Positions 54,360 to 64,000 of a DNA stretch of 64,000 bases are shown in pieces. The notes beneath the pieces were generated by a model. It saw nothing but the letters and a program-made list of their open reading frames with translations. It ran no database searches and had not been told where the DNA came from. The DNA is from an uncultured cyanobacterium (GTDB taxonomy: Bacteria > Cyanobacteriota > Cyanobacteriia > Cyanobacteriales > CAWCAG01), in the NCBI GenBank assembly GCA_963803805.1, contig CAWDOD010000004.1, forward strand, positions 1 to 64,000, given 5' to 3'. A program made the translations under genes and the position numbers. Each line of letters opens with the position of its first letter. Position 1 is the stretch's first letter.

Positions 54360-55601
54360 ATGAAGGTTGGTTTACAGCCGATTTTAAATGATTCCCATAT
54401 TGATGCTAATCAAGCTGCTAGTCAGCGCCAGCTATCTATTTCCATTTCCGCTGTAGCCGGGGGATTAGATGAGAGTTTGCCTTTAAATCTTTGCTTAGTG
54501 CTAGATCATAGCGGCTCTATGGGGGGTCGCCCGATGGAAACGGTTAAAAAGGCGGCTATGAGCCTTGTCGACCGTTTGAAGCCTAGCGATCGCCTTTCGG
54601 TGGTAGCTTTTGATCATCGTGCTAAAGTTCTGATTAATAATCAGAGCGTAGATAATGTTAATTATGTAAAAAAGCAGATTAAAAAGTTAGATGCTGATGG
54701 GGGAACAGCTATTGATGAGGGGATGAAACTGGGACTTCAGGAAATAGCAAAGGGAAGACAAGATACTGCTTCGCAAATCTTTTTGCTTACAGATGGGGAA
54801 AATGAACATGGAGATAACCAACGCTGTTTGCAGTTTGCAGAGTTAGCTTCCCAAGAAAATGTGACTTTGAACACCTTGGGATTTGGCAGTCATTGGAATC
54901 AAGATGTTTTAGAACAAATTGCTGATGTAGGGGGGGGGACTTTATCCTACATCGAAAAACCAGAACAAGCTTTAGATGAGTTTGGTCGCTTATTTGAAAG
55001 GGTTCAGTCTGTTGGCTTAACCAATGCTTACTTGATTTTTGAATTGATGCCAGGGGTACGTTTGGCAGACCTCAAACCCATCGCCCAGGTGGCCCCGGAA
55101 ACCGTTGAATTGCCAGTACAAACAGAAGGGAAAAACTTTCTGGTTCGGATTGGTGATTTAATGACTGATGCAGAGCGAGTTATTTTAGCTAATCTTTATA
55201 TTAATCAATTTCCCCCTGGCACTAATAATCTGGCTAAGATACAAGTGCGTTACGATGATCCGGCTTTAGGAAAAGAAAGTTTACTTTCTGAAACAGTGTT
55301 TGTAGAAGCCCAATCTCAAGCAGCCTATCAACCGGCGATTAATCCTGGTGTTAAAAAGTCAATTTTAGCTTTAGCAAAATATCGTCAAACCAAAATAGCC
55401 GAAACTAAATTGCAGCAAGGGGATCGCGCCGGAGCAGCAACCATGTTACAAACGGCAGCAAAAACAGCAATTCAAATGGGAGATGAAGGGGCGGCAACGG
55501 TACTGCAAACTAGCGCAACTCGCTTACAATCAGGAGAGACTCTTTCTGATGCAGAGCGTAAGAAAACTCGTATTGTTTCCAAAACCAAGTTGCAAGAGTG
55601 A
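54360..55601 (+). CDS. VWA-domain protein
   Basis: LDHSGSM MIDAS motif, GGTAI, LLTDG. Confidence 0.9.
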   Translation: MKVGLQPILNDSHIDANQAASQRQLSISISAVAGGLDESLPLNLCLVLDHSGSMGGRPMETVKKAAMSLVDRLKPSDRLSVVAFDHRAKVLINNQSVDNVNYVKKQIKKLDADGGTAIDEGMKLGLQEIAKGRQDTASQIFLLTDGENEHGDNQRCLQFAELASQENVTLNTLGFGSHWNQDVLEQIADVGGGTLSYIEKPEQALDEFGRLFERVQSVGLTNAYLIFELMPGVRLADLKPIAQVAPETVELPVQTEGKNFLVRIGDLMTDAERVILANLYINQFPPGTNNLAKIQVRYDDPALGKESLLSETVFVEAQSQAAYQPAINPGVKKSILALAKYRQTKIAETKLQQGDRAGAATMLQTAAKTAIQMGDEGAATVLQTSATRLQSGETLSDAERKKTRIVSKTKLQE

Positions 55602-55638
55602 TCTAAGGAGTCTAGGTTAAGCAACTAGCAACTAGCAA

Positions 55639-56733
55639 CTAGCGATTAGCAACCACAGAAGTTTCTGGTTTCGCAAAAATCATTCTTCCCGCAGAGGTTT
55701 GTAGGGCGGAGGTGACTATAACTTGAAGTTCATCTCCTAAGTAACTTTTTCCTTCTTCTACTACTACCATGGTTCCATCTTCCAAGTAACCAACTCCTTG
55801 GGTGGGTTCTTTACCTTTCTTGATGATTTTTAGTTCTAAGCTATCCCCTGGCAAGTAAATAGGGCGTATGGCTTTAGCTAAGTCGTTGATATTGAGTACT
55901 GGGACTTTTTGTAGGTTAGCGACTTTGCTTAGGTTGTAATCGTTAGTTAGCAGGGTGCTATTAATTTCCTGGGCAAAGCGCACTAATTTAGCATCTACCG
56001 TAGCCAGATCATCATAATCAACAGAATTGACGATTAGTCTTTCTGGATAGGCATCCTGCATTCGATTCAAAATATCTAGCCCTCGTCTGCCACGAGTACG
56101 TTTTTGGTCATTAGCAGCATCAGCTAATTGTTGTAGTTCCTGTAAAACAAACTGAGGAATCAGGATTTGACCTTCGATAAAACCAGTGTTTAATAGTTCT
56201 TCAATACGGCCATCAATGATGCAGCTTGTATCTACAACTTTAGACGTGGCAGATTTAAGAGTACCTTCGGCGACTAAAATGCTTTCCACATTATTAGGGT
56301 TGATTAATCTTAAGAAATTACGGCCATGGGTATCAGCAAGCCCAATTCCTAAAAAGGCAAACATAATACTACCTAAAATTGCCAAAGCTGGCTTGACAAA
56401 AGACAACTTTTCGGGTATGGGAAGTAGAAAAATGGGGGCTAGCATCAGGTTAGCCAGTAACAAACCTATGGCTAAGCCAATGGCACGGGTGAAGATAACT
56501 TCAATAGGCAGTCTTCGGACTCGGCGCTCTACACGGCGGTAGGTGGTTTGGGCAGCTAACCCGGCTCCTAAGCCAACTAAAGCCGCAAAACCTGCTGTTA
56601 CCCATCTTAAGGCTTCGAGGTTGGTAACTTGGTCTAATACTCCTGCGGGCAAAAGTTCCACACTGTCGAAACCAATGCCACCAGCAGCGAAAATGAATAA
56701 TAATATGATTACAGCATCAAGCATCTTTCTCAT
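55639..56733 (-). CDS. PIN/TRAM-domain membrane protein
   Basis: DTSCIIDGRI, RGRRGLDIL, TNDYNL, QGVGYLEDGTMVVVE. Confidence 0.92.
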   Translation of the reverse strand: MRKMLDAVIILLFIFAAGGIGFDSVELLPAGVLDQVTNLEALRWVTAGFAALVGLGAGLAAQTTYRRVERRVRRLPIEVIFTRAIGLAIGLLLANLMLAPIFLLPIPEKLSFVKPALAILGSIMFAFLGIGLADTHGRNFLRLINPNNVESILVAEGTLKSATSKVVDTSCIIDGRIEELLNTGFIEGQILIPQFVLQELQQLADAANDQKRTRGRRGLDILNRMQDAYPERLIVNSVDYDDLATVDAKLVRFAQEINSTLLTNDYNLSKVANLQKVPVLNINDLAKAIRPIYLPGDSLELKIIKKGKEPTQGVGYLEDGTMVVVEEGKSYLGDELQVIVTSALQTSAGRMIFAKPETSVVANR

Positions 56734-57070
56734 CCAATAAAAAGCAAGAGCAATTTCTGTTCAGAAATGCGATAAAAGCGAGATCGAATGCGCTCAATTT
56801 ATTATATCTTTGTCCCTGTTCCTAGTAATTTCAGGATCTTCACGCAGATATATAGTTCTCATGATGAAAACAATCTCAACTAGCAACTTAGATTTATCCT
56901 TGGGAATAAATTGGTAATACCTTACTAAGAGCAAAGATTGGGCTTTTTCTATCTCTCTAACTAAAAGTCACTTTTTTAGTTAGTAAGCAAGTAAAGTGAA
57001 CACCAAAAGAACTGCAAAAAATTAAGTAAATTAACAACTATTAACTATGAATTAAGGATTGCTAACCTTT

Positions 57071-58333
57071 ATGCCAGTGAAAGAGGGAAATTTTGCCCAG
57101 AAACCGAAGCAACTAGCTACTACAATTATTCCTACTTCTGCCTATATTCATATTCCCTTTTGTCGCCGTCGCTGTTATTATTGCGATTTTCCTGTGGCTA
57201 TCTTAGGAGATTCTGTAACTAACAATCCTCGCAATTCTATTGAACGCTATGTTAATAAACTTAACCAAGAAATTAGGATAACACCCAAAGTAGGACAGGA
57301 AAAACTGCAAACAGTCTTTTTTGGTGGAGGAACTCCTTCTTTACTAGCTGTAAAACAGCTTGGGTCTATTCTACAGGTTTTGGAGCAACATTTTGGTATT
57401 GCTCAAGATGCCGAAATCTCCATAGAAGTTGATCCAGGAACTTTTACCTTAGAAAAAATCCAAGGTTACAAACAAGCAGGAGTGAACCGCGTTAGTCTAG
57501 GGGCGCAAGCTTTTCAAGATGAACTTTTAAGAGCTTGTGGGCGATCGCATTCGACTACTGATATTTTCACGGCAGTGGAGTTGATTCGACAAGGGGGGAT
57601 AGCCAACCTTAGTTTAGATTTAATTTCTGGTTTACCTCACCAAAATTTGCCTCAATGGCAAGCTTCTTTAACCACAGCAGTTGATTTAGCACCGAATCAT
57701 TTATCCTGCTACGACTTGGTGTTGGAAACCGTCACTGCTTTTGGTAAGCAGTATGAACCGGGGGTTAAACCTTTACCCAATGATGAAACTACTGCAAGGA
57801 TGTATTGTTTAGCACAGGAAGTTTTGTATGATGCTGGGTATATCCATTATGAAATATCCAACTATGCCAAACCAGGATTTCAATGCCGTCACAATCGGGT
57901 TTATTGGCAAAACCAACCCTACTATGGTTTCGGCATGGGGGCAGCGAGTTATGTTGCGGCTAAAAGGTTTACTCGCCCTCGTACCAGAAGAGAATATTAT
58001 GATTGGCTAGAGACAGGAGGAATCATTGATTGTCCCCAAACTTCCCCAGCAGATCTGCTTTTAGAAACCTTGATGTTAGGTTTACGTCTCACTGAAGGGG
58101 TGAGTTTAACTAAAATCCGCCAGCAGTTTGGTAAGGAAGTTTTACTCAAGCTGCACTCTTGTTTGCAGGATTATTATAATTGCGGTTGGGTGGAAGTAAG
58201 GGCTGAAAATGGCCAGAAAATTGAGCTAACCAATAGAGTGAGTTTGCCTGATGTTGGGTATTTATGTTTAAGTGATCCCGAAGGTTTTTTGTTTTCTAAT
58301 ACAGTTTTGTCAACCTTGTTTAATTGCTGGTGA
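57071..58333 (+). CDS. hemW: Radical SAM heme chaperone HemW
   Basis: YIHIPFCRRRCYYCDF, GGGTPS, YEISNY, HNRVYW. Confidence 0.9.
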   Translation: MPVKEGNFAQKPKQLATTIIPTSAYIHIPFCRRRCYYCDFPVAILGDSVTNNPRNSIERYVNKLNQEIRITPKVGQEKLQTVFFGGGTPSLLAVKQLGSILQVLEQHFGIAQDAEISIEVDPGTFTLEKIQGYKQAGVNRVSLGAQAFQDELLRACGRSHSTTDIFTAVELIRQGGIANLSLDLISGLPHQNLPQWQASLTTAVDLAPNHLSCYDLVLETVTAFGKQYEPGVKPLPNDETTARMYCLAQEVLYDAGYIHYEISNYAKPGFQCRHNRVYWQNQPYYGFGMGAASYVAAKRFTRPRTRREYYDWLETGGIIDCPQTSPADLLLETLMLGLRLTEGVSLTKIRQQFGKEVLLKLHSCLQDYYNCGWVEVRAENGQKIELTNRVSLPDVGYLCLSDPEGFLFSNTVLSTLFNCW

Positions 58334-58475
58334 AGAACTAGAGAATGCCTTATCTACTCCAAAAAATCAAGTAAATTATAATTTTTTTGTCATCTCAGCA
58401 ATAAACCTCAAACCTTAGCGCATACTTAAGCAACACTGTTTCACTTTTGCTGGAAATTCTAGTAGTAATTTAGTC

Positions 58476-61400
58476 GTGCTTACCAACTCGTTATCCTCAT
58501 TAATTCCTTGGCTTAAGTCTCTGTGCTTAGGTATAACCTTTACCTCATTTACCTTTCCGGCTTTTGCCCAACCAATTACTACAGCCGTTGATGGTACAGG
58601 CACAATCATTAACATTGAAGGTAATCTCATCACCATTCAAGGTGGTTCTCTTTCAGGGGATGGACAAAACTTATTCCATAGTTTTCAAACTTTTGGCCTC
58701 AACCCTGAACAAATTGCCAATTTCCTGACTAATCCTCAAATCAGTAATATCTTGGGTAGAGTTGTTGGGGGTGAGCCTTCTTTAATTAATGGTTTAATTC
58801 AGGTTATGGGAGGCAATTCTAACTTATACCTGCTCAATCCCGCCGGTATTGTATTTGGTGCAGGAGCTAGTTTAAATATACCTGGAGACTTTACCGCAAC
58901 TACTGCAACAGGTATTGGTTTTGGGGATAATAGTTGGTTTAATGCTTTTGGCAGCAACGATTATAGTAGTTTGATTGGCAATCCTGGGGATTTTACTTTT
59001 GAAGTCGCCCAACCAGGGACGATTATTAATGGTGGAGATTTAACGGTTAACCAAGGTAACAATGTCACCCTGTTAGGCAACAATGTTATTAATACCGGAA
59101 ACATCACTGCACCTCAAGGAAGCATTACCATTGCCTCTGTACCAGGAACTAGCCGCATCCGTATTTCTCAACCAGGACAGTTATTAAGCTTAGAAATTGA
59201 ACCCCCCAGGGATACTAAGGGGGCTGTTATTCCCTTTACTCCTTTAGACTTACCAGGATTACTAGCCCAAACTCCAGCTAACTTTGCGACAGGATTGACG
59301 GTTGAAGGAGATGGTAACGTTGTTGGGCAAGGTATAAATGTTGCTGATGGTAGTACCAAAGAAACAACCCTCATTTTTGGTCAGGTTAATACCGCTTCAA
59401 CAGCAGGGCAAGGTGGAGAAATTAACTTATTGGGGCAGCAGGTAGGCACTGTTAATGCCCAGATTAATGCTTCAGGAACTCAGGGAGGTGGGCAAATACG
59501 CATTGGTGGAGATTATCAAGGCAAAGGGAGAATCCCTAATGCTCAGCAAACCTTTATTAATCAAAATACTAACATCCTTGCTGATGCTACAGAAACGGGG
59601 ACTGGTGGGCGCATCATTGTTTGGGGCGATGACAATACCAGATTTTTAGGCAACATCAGTGCCACAGGAGGAATGCAAAGTGGTGATGGGGGCTTTATTG
59701 AAGTTAGTGGTAAAAACAATCTTCTTTTTCAAGGTACGGTAGATACCTCAGCAGAATTTGGGGAAAATGGCACTTTATTATTAGATCCGACAGATATTAA
59801 TATTGTCGCCGGAGGAACTAATCCTGGTAATGCTGGGGATGGAATTTGGGCTTTTGCTGAAGATGTGGGAACTCAAAGTATTGGTGCAGATACTATTGCT
59901 ATTCTCCTCAACAGCAATGACCTTATTTTACAAGCCACCAATGACATTAATGTTGATAGTTCCGTTAACTATACAGACACAACTGAGCGGGCTTTGACTT
60001 TAGAAGCTGGCAACTCAATTATCTTTGCTAACAATACCACTATTGCATCTACATTAGGTGCTTTAAATGTCACCCTTAATAGCGGGACAGGCACAATTTC
60101 TTTAGGTATGGATGCTGGGGTGTTTTCTAAAGGTGGCAACATTACCTTAAATAGCGGCAATACTATTGATACTAGTGCTGGCATTCTCTCCAGCCGTTCC
60201 AATAATGGTGGCGGTGATATCCAACTCAATGCCGTTGGGAATATCAACACAGGAACGATTCAAAGTATCGCTGATATTACTGGGCAATCGGGTTCCATTA
60301 CCTTAAATAGCGCGGGAGGAAATATTTTAGCAACAAGGGCTATTGAAGCTTCTTCCTTCGGCACAGCAGACGGTAACAGAATAACTATAACTACCGATGG
60401 CAATATCTCTACTAGCACTATCGACAGTTCCGCAATTAATTCAGGTGCAAGAGGTAATGCAGGAGATGTTGAGATTAGGAGTAATACGGGGCAAATTACT
60501 ACAGGATTGATCAATACTCGTTCTTTACGGGATAATGGCTCAGGAGGCAATGTCAAACTGAGTGCAGCTTCTGGAATTAATACGGGTGTTATTCTCTCCT
60601 CAACAGAATCAAATACTTCTGCTGGACAAGGAGGTTCTGTAGAATTGAGTACAACCAATGGCAACATTGATTCAACAGCAATAACTTCCTTTGCTCGTTC
60701 TAATACTGGCAATGCAGGAGATGGAGGTTCAATCATAGTAACAGCTACTAACGGTAACATTAGCACCTTTGATGTCCGTTCCGGTTCCTACGCTCCTCAA
60801 TCTCCTACCGGAACCTCTGGTAATGGTGGTGCAATCCGTTTTAGTAGTGGGGGGGAGATTAATATTAACACCAGAATAGATTCAACATCCTTTGCTGCTG
60901 CCAACCCTGGTACAGGGGGAGAAATTGACCTTCAAGCTAATGATAAAATCACCGTTGGCAGCATTAACACCGCTAAAGATGATTTCGCTCCCTCACCTAT
61001 CCCTTCGGCAACTATTAACTTTGGCGATATTAGCTTAACAGCCGACGAAATTGACTTTACAGGGGGAAATGGCAGAGTTTTTGGCGAAGGTGCAATCACT
61101 TTGCAACCCTTCAACCCTAACCAAGCAATTGCCGTGGGGGATACCGTAGATACAGCCGCGTTAGACATAACTCAACAAGACTTAAATGCTTTAGCCGAAG
61201 GTTTCAGTGCTAGGACTATTGGTCGGGATAATGGTAGCGGTACTTTAACTGTCCCTGTTGACCTAACCTTAAACGATTCTCTCACCTTGCGATCGCCCTT
61301 GGGTACAATCAATACCACAGGTACTACTTTATCAGGTACAGACGATGCCACCATTAGCTTAGAAGCGAATCAAATCTTACTAGGTAATTTGATAAATCCT

Positions 61401-63431
61401 GGTCGTGATATTTCCCTCACTAGTAATGATGCTATTAACATCAACACCAGCACGGTTAATAGTAGTTCTCCTACTGGGGGAGGAGATATTAACATTAGTG
61501 CAGTTAATGATATTACCGTTGGTGATCTTAACTCCAGTGGTGGTGTGGATGTAGGAGGAGACATCAACTTAACTAGTAGTGATGGAGGCGTTACCACGGG
61601 CAATCTCACCTCTTCTGGAGACAGTGCAGGGGGAGATATTAATGTTGTCGCTAGTACCCAAATTACTACCCAAGCAATCGACTCTAGCAGTAATTCTGGT
61701 AAAGGAGGGGATGTTTCCCTCGATCCTAGTGGTGACATTCAAGTTAGTTCTATCAATACCCAAGGAGGTACTGTCGGCGGTTCAGTAGATATCACCACCC
61801 AAAGCAACTTCCGGGCTACGGATACCTTCACTGCTAATGGTTTGCCCACCAGTATTTTTAGCTACGGACCTACCCAAAGTGGCGACATCACCATTCGTCA
61901 CGGTGGTGATGGCAAAATACCTTTTGTGGTGGGCAATGCCGCTACTAACGGTACAGCAGGGGCTATATCCAGTGGCGACTTTGCTATACTTCCCACCCAG
62001 TCTTACCTTTTTACCGAACAACGGGGTAACATCCAAATTATTAGCACCGATCCCCCTCGTCCAAATACTTTGAAGCTGGATCTTGCTGCTATTGACTCCC
62101 TGATCAGGGATCTGTTTGGTTTTGATCCTAATCTGCGTTCTTTAAAAGGGATCTTAATTCATTTCCCTCTGGGAAAAAGTAAAGTCATCGAACTTTCTGT
62201 AGAAAACACTGTCACAGAATTGGAATCTCAATTAACCCAGGAATTTGAGCAACATCTTGGCTTGAGTGGTACTGCCACGATGGATTTAGATGAGATTCAA
62301 GCTACCCTCCAAGAAATTACAGCAACTACCAAAAGTCAACCCGCAGTTATTTACGTTTTTTTTGATCATAGTGCAGCAATCGCAGCAGCTAGTAACCAAT
62401 TCAGCAGTCAATTGGAGCTAATTTTAGTCACAGCCTCTGGGCAACCCATCCGTAAAAAGGTTAGCATCTCTCAAAGAGAAGTCCTGCGAGTAGCCAATGA
62501 CTTACGAACTAGCGTAACCAATTTCAATCGCCCCCAAGGTTATCGCACTCCTGCCCAAAAAATATACAACTGGTTAGTTACCCCTTTAGAATCAGAATTG
62601 CAGGAGCAAAAACTTGACCATCTTATTTTCATTATGCCAACTAGCCTGCGTTCTATACCCTTGGCAGCACTCCACGATGGTGAAAAGTTTGTGATTGAGA
62701 AGTACGGTGTTAGTTTGATGCCGAGTTTGTCTTTAACTGACAGTCGCTATAAAAATATTAGTGGCGCTAAGGTTTTGGCCATGGGGGCAGCCGAATTTGC
62801 CGATGCCAAACCCCTTCCAGCAGTACCTGTAGAATTAAAGGCGATCGCGGGTAATTTATGGCCAGGGGATTTTTTTCTTAACCAAGATTTTACGGTTAAA
62901 AGTATGCAAACTGCCCGTACTCACAAGCGCTACGGTATTGTTCATTTAGCAACCCACGGCGAGTTTAAATCAGGGGATTTAAAAAATTCCTATATTCAAT
63001 TATGGGATACGAAACTCTCCCTCTCTCAATTATCTAGCTTGGGACTCCACAAACCACCTTTAGATTTACTGGTTTTAAGCGCCTGCAATACTGCTTTGGG
63101 GGATGCTGAGGCTGAACTAGGTTTTGCTGGTTTAGCAGTCTTGGCGGGGGTGAAGTCTGCCCTGGGAAGTCTTTGGTATGTTAGCGATGAAGGGACTGTA
63201 GCTTTAATGACGAATTTTTATGGGCAACTGCGAAATACTTCAGTTAAGGTAGAGGCTTTGCGCCAGGCGCAGTTGGCGATGATGAGAGGAGAGTCAAAAA
63301 TAGTTAACGGGGAAATCACGACCCCTCAAGGTAATTTTCCTCTACCCCAGGAGTTAGCCAAGTTGGGAGATGTTGATTTTAGTCATCCTTATTATTGGAG
63401 TTCATTTACTTTAATTGGTAGCCCTTGGTGA
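58476..63431 (+). CDS. Filamentous-haemagglutinin (TPS) N-terminal domain, beta-helix repeats and C-terminal CHAT domain
   Basis: NLFHSF, LLNPAGIVFG, GGFIEVSG, LLLDP; Gly/Asn/Thr repeats; HLATHG, LSACNT, HPYYWSSF. Confidence 0.92.
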   Translation: MLTNSLSSLIPWLKSLCLGITFTSFTFPAFAQPITTAVDGTGTIINIEGNLITIQGGSLSGDGQNLFHSFQTFGLNPEQIANFLTNPQISNILGRVVGGEPSLINGLIQVMGGNSNLYLLNPAGIVFGAGASLNIPGDFTATTATGIGFGDNSWFNAFGSNDYSSLIGNPGDFTFEVAQPGTIINGGDLTVNQGNNVTLLGNNVINTGNITAPQGSITIASVPGTSRIRISQPGQLLSLEIEPPRDTKGAVIPFTPLDLPGLLAQTPANFATGLTVEGDGNVVGQGINVADGSTKETTLIFGQVNTASTAGQGGEINLLGQQVGTVNAQINASGTQGGGQIRIGGDYQGKGRIPNAQQTFINQNTNILADATETGTGGRIIVWGDDNTRFLGNISATGGMQSGDGGFIEVSGKNNLLFQGTVDTSAEFGENGTLLLDPTDINIVAGGTNPGNAGDGIWAFAEDVGTQSIGADTIAILLNSNDLILQATNDINVDSSVNYTDTTERALTLEAGNSIIFANNTTIASTLGALNVTLNSGTGTISLGMDAGVFSKGGNITLNSGNTIDTSAGILSSRSNNGGGDIQLNAVGNINTGTIQSIADITGQSGSITLNSAGGNILATRAIEASSFGTADGNRITITTDGNISTSTIDSSAINSGARGNAGDVEIRSNTGQITTGLINTRSLRDNGSGGNVKLSAASGINTGVILSSTESNTSAGQGGSVELSTTNGNIDSTAITSFARSNTGNAGDGGSIIVTATNGNISTFDVRSGSYAPQSPTGTSGNGGAIRFSSGGEININTRIDSTSFAAANPGTGGEIDLQANDKITVGSINTAKDDFAPSPIPSATINFGDISLTADEIDFTGGNGRVFGEGAITLQPFNPNQAIAVGDTVDTAALDITQQDLNALAEGFSARTIGRDNGSGTLTVPVDLTLNDSLTLRSPLGTINTTGTTLSGTDDATISLEANQILLGNLINPGRDISLTSNDAININTSTVNSSSPTGGGDINISAVNDITVGDLNSSGGVDVGGDINLTSSDGGVTTGNLTSSGDSAGGDINVVASTQITTQAIDSSSNSGKGGDVSLDPSGDIQVSSINTQGGTVGGSVDITTQSNFRATDTFTANGLPTSIFSYGPTQSGDITIRHGGDGKIPFVVGNAATNGTAGAISSGDFAILPTQSYLFTEQRGNIQIISTDPPRPNTLKLDLAAIDSLIRDLFGFDPNLRSLKGILIHFPLGKSKVIELSVENTVTELESQLTQEFEQHLGLSGTATMDLDEIQATLQEITATTKSQPAVIYVFFDHSAAIAAASNQFSSQLELILVTASGQPIRKKVSISQREVLRVANDLRTSVTNFNRPQGYRTPAQKIYNWLVTPLESELQEQKLDHLIFIMPTSLRSIPLAALHDGEKFVIEKYGVSLMPSLSLTDSRYKNISGAKVLAMGAAEFADAKPLPAVPVELKAIAGNLWPGDFFLNQDFTVKSMQTARTHKRYGIVHLATHGEFKSGDLKNSYIQLWDTKLSLSQLSSLGLHKPPLDLLVLSACNTALGDAEAELGFAGLAVLAGVKSALGSLWYVSDEGTVALMTNFYGQLRNTSVKVEALRQAQLAMMRGESKIVNGEITTPQGNFPLPQELAKLGDVDFSHPYYWSSFTLIGSPW

Positions 63432-63585
63432 TCAATGGTAGATCGCACTAAGTCAATGTTTGATGTTTTGGATCGCTCGTTTAGTTTGTGCCTTGTTTTA
63501 GTTTGTCTATGGGTAGCTTTCTGTTTAGAGTAGTCCAAGGTTGTAGCAACTAGCCATTAGCCATTAGCTATTAATATAATCTCTC

Positions 63586-64000
63586 TTACTCTTCCGTTGT
63601 TTCTTCTTCCATCTTATCAGTTTGGTGAGTAACAAAGTTTTGGGTAACACTGGCTACACTAGCCAAGAAACTCAACAGAGGATTAAGAAGTCCGTCTTGA
63701 GTATCAGAGGTGATAACAGTTGTACGCTGCTCTTGGGGAGTTGGTAGATTTTTGGCAATTTCTGGCAATTTAGCGATTAACTGATCCTGGAGATAATTTT
63801 CAGAGAGTTGATTTTCAAGATCATGTCTTTTCTGCTCTAAATCTAGGAGGCGATCGCTTTGGGCAACCTTGGCGAGATCCTGCAATTCTTCTATCTCCAA
63901 ATTTCCAGCAACATCAGCACGGGTTTTCTGACCTTGCACCACATCTAACTGAATTTGTTGCTGCACCTTCTCAATTTCAGCAGCAATGCGCTGTTTTTCT
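63586..64000 (-). CDS. C-terminal part of a coiled-coil protein (possibly SPFH/flotillin-like), running off the window
   Basis: Frame stays open to the window edge; LIAKLPEIA motif. Confidence 0.5.
   Translation of the reverse strand, partial: EKQRIAAEIEKVQQQIQLDVVQGQKTRADVAGNLEIEELQDLAKVAQSDRLLDLEQKRHDLENQLSENYLQDQLIAKLPEIAKNLPTPQEQRTTVITSDTQDGLLNPLLSFLASVASVTQNFVTHQTDKMEEETTEE

Noticed and set aside
59168-62073. Antisense and alternate-frame ORFs within the TPS-CHAT gene, and similar ones inside other long genes
   Set aside because: Shadow ORFs caused by codon bias of the real gene; no recognisable motifs.

Overview
Chromosomal DNA from a probably filamentous cyanobacterium: frequent HIP1 GCGATCGC sites, a fraC-fraD-fraE septal-junction operon, short tandem intergenic repeats and PEP-CTERM proteins. 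Bases 1-6566 are an indel-riddled reverse-complement copy of 6570-13306. They fold back at a 3-nt loop near 6568, next to an IS630 remnant. This is either a long-read fold-back artefact or a read-through of a covalently closed hairpin end. The mirrored copy also carries patches of synonymous substitutions, so it records a second real allele. The mirrored block holds the least explained locus: a small winged-helix protein, a MinD/ParA-like ATPase, a ~990-codon wHTH + Ig-like + transmembrane protein (split here by lesions) and an amidohydrolase. The rest is mostly housekeeping (secG, purH, cysQ, pdxJ, larE, pyrD, ruvX, hemW, sodC, tRNA-Asp, tRNA-Leu). It also includes a 12 kb signalling cluster flanked by perfect palindromes, a collapsed AAA/OLD-like remnant, a candidate sRNA and a TPS-CHAT protein. 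All calls come from reading the sequence and the ORF track; no searches were run.
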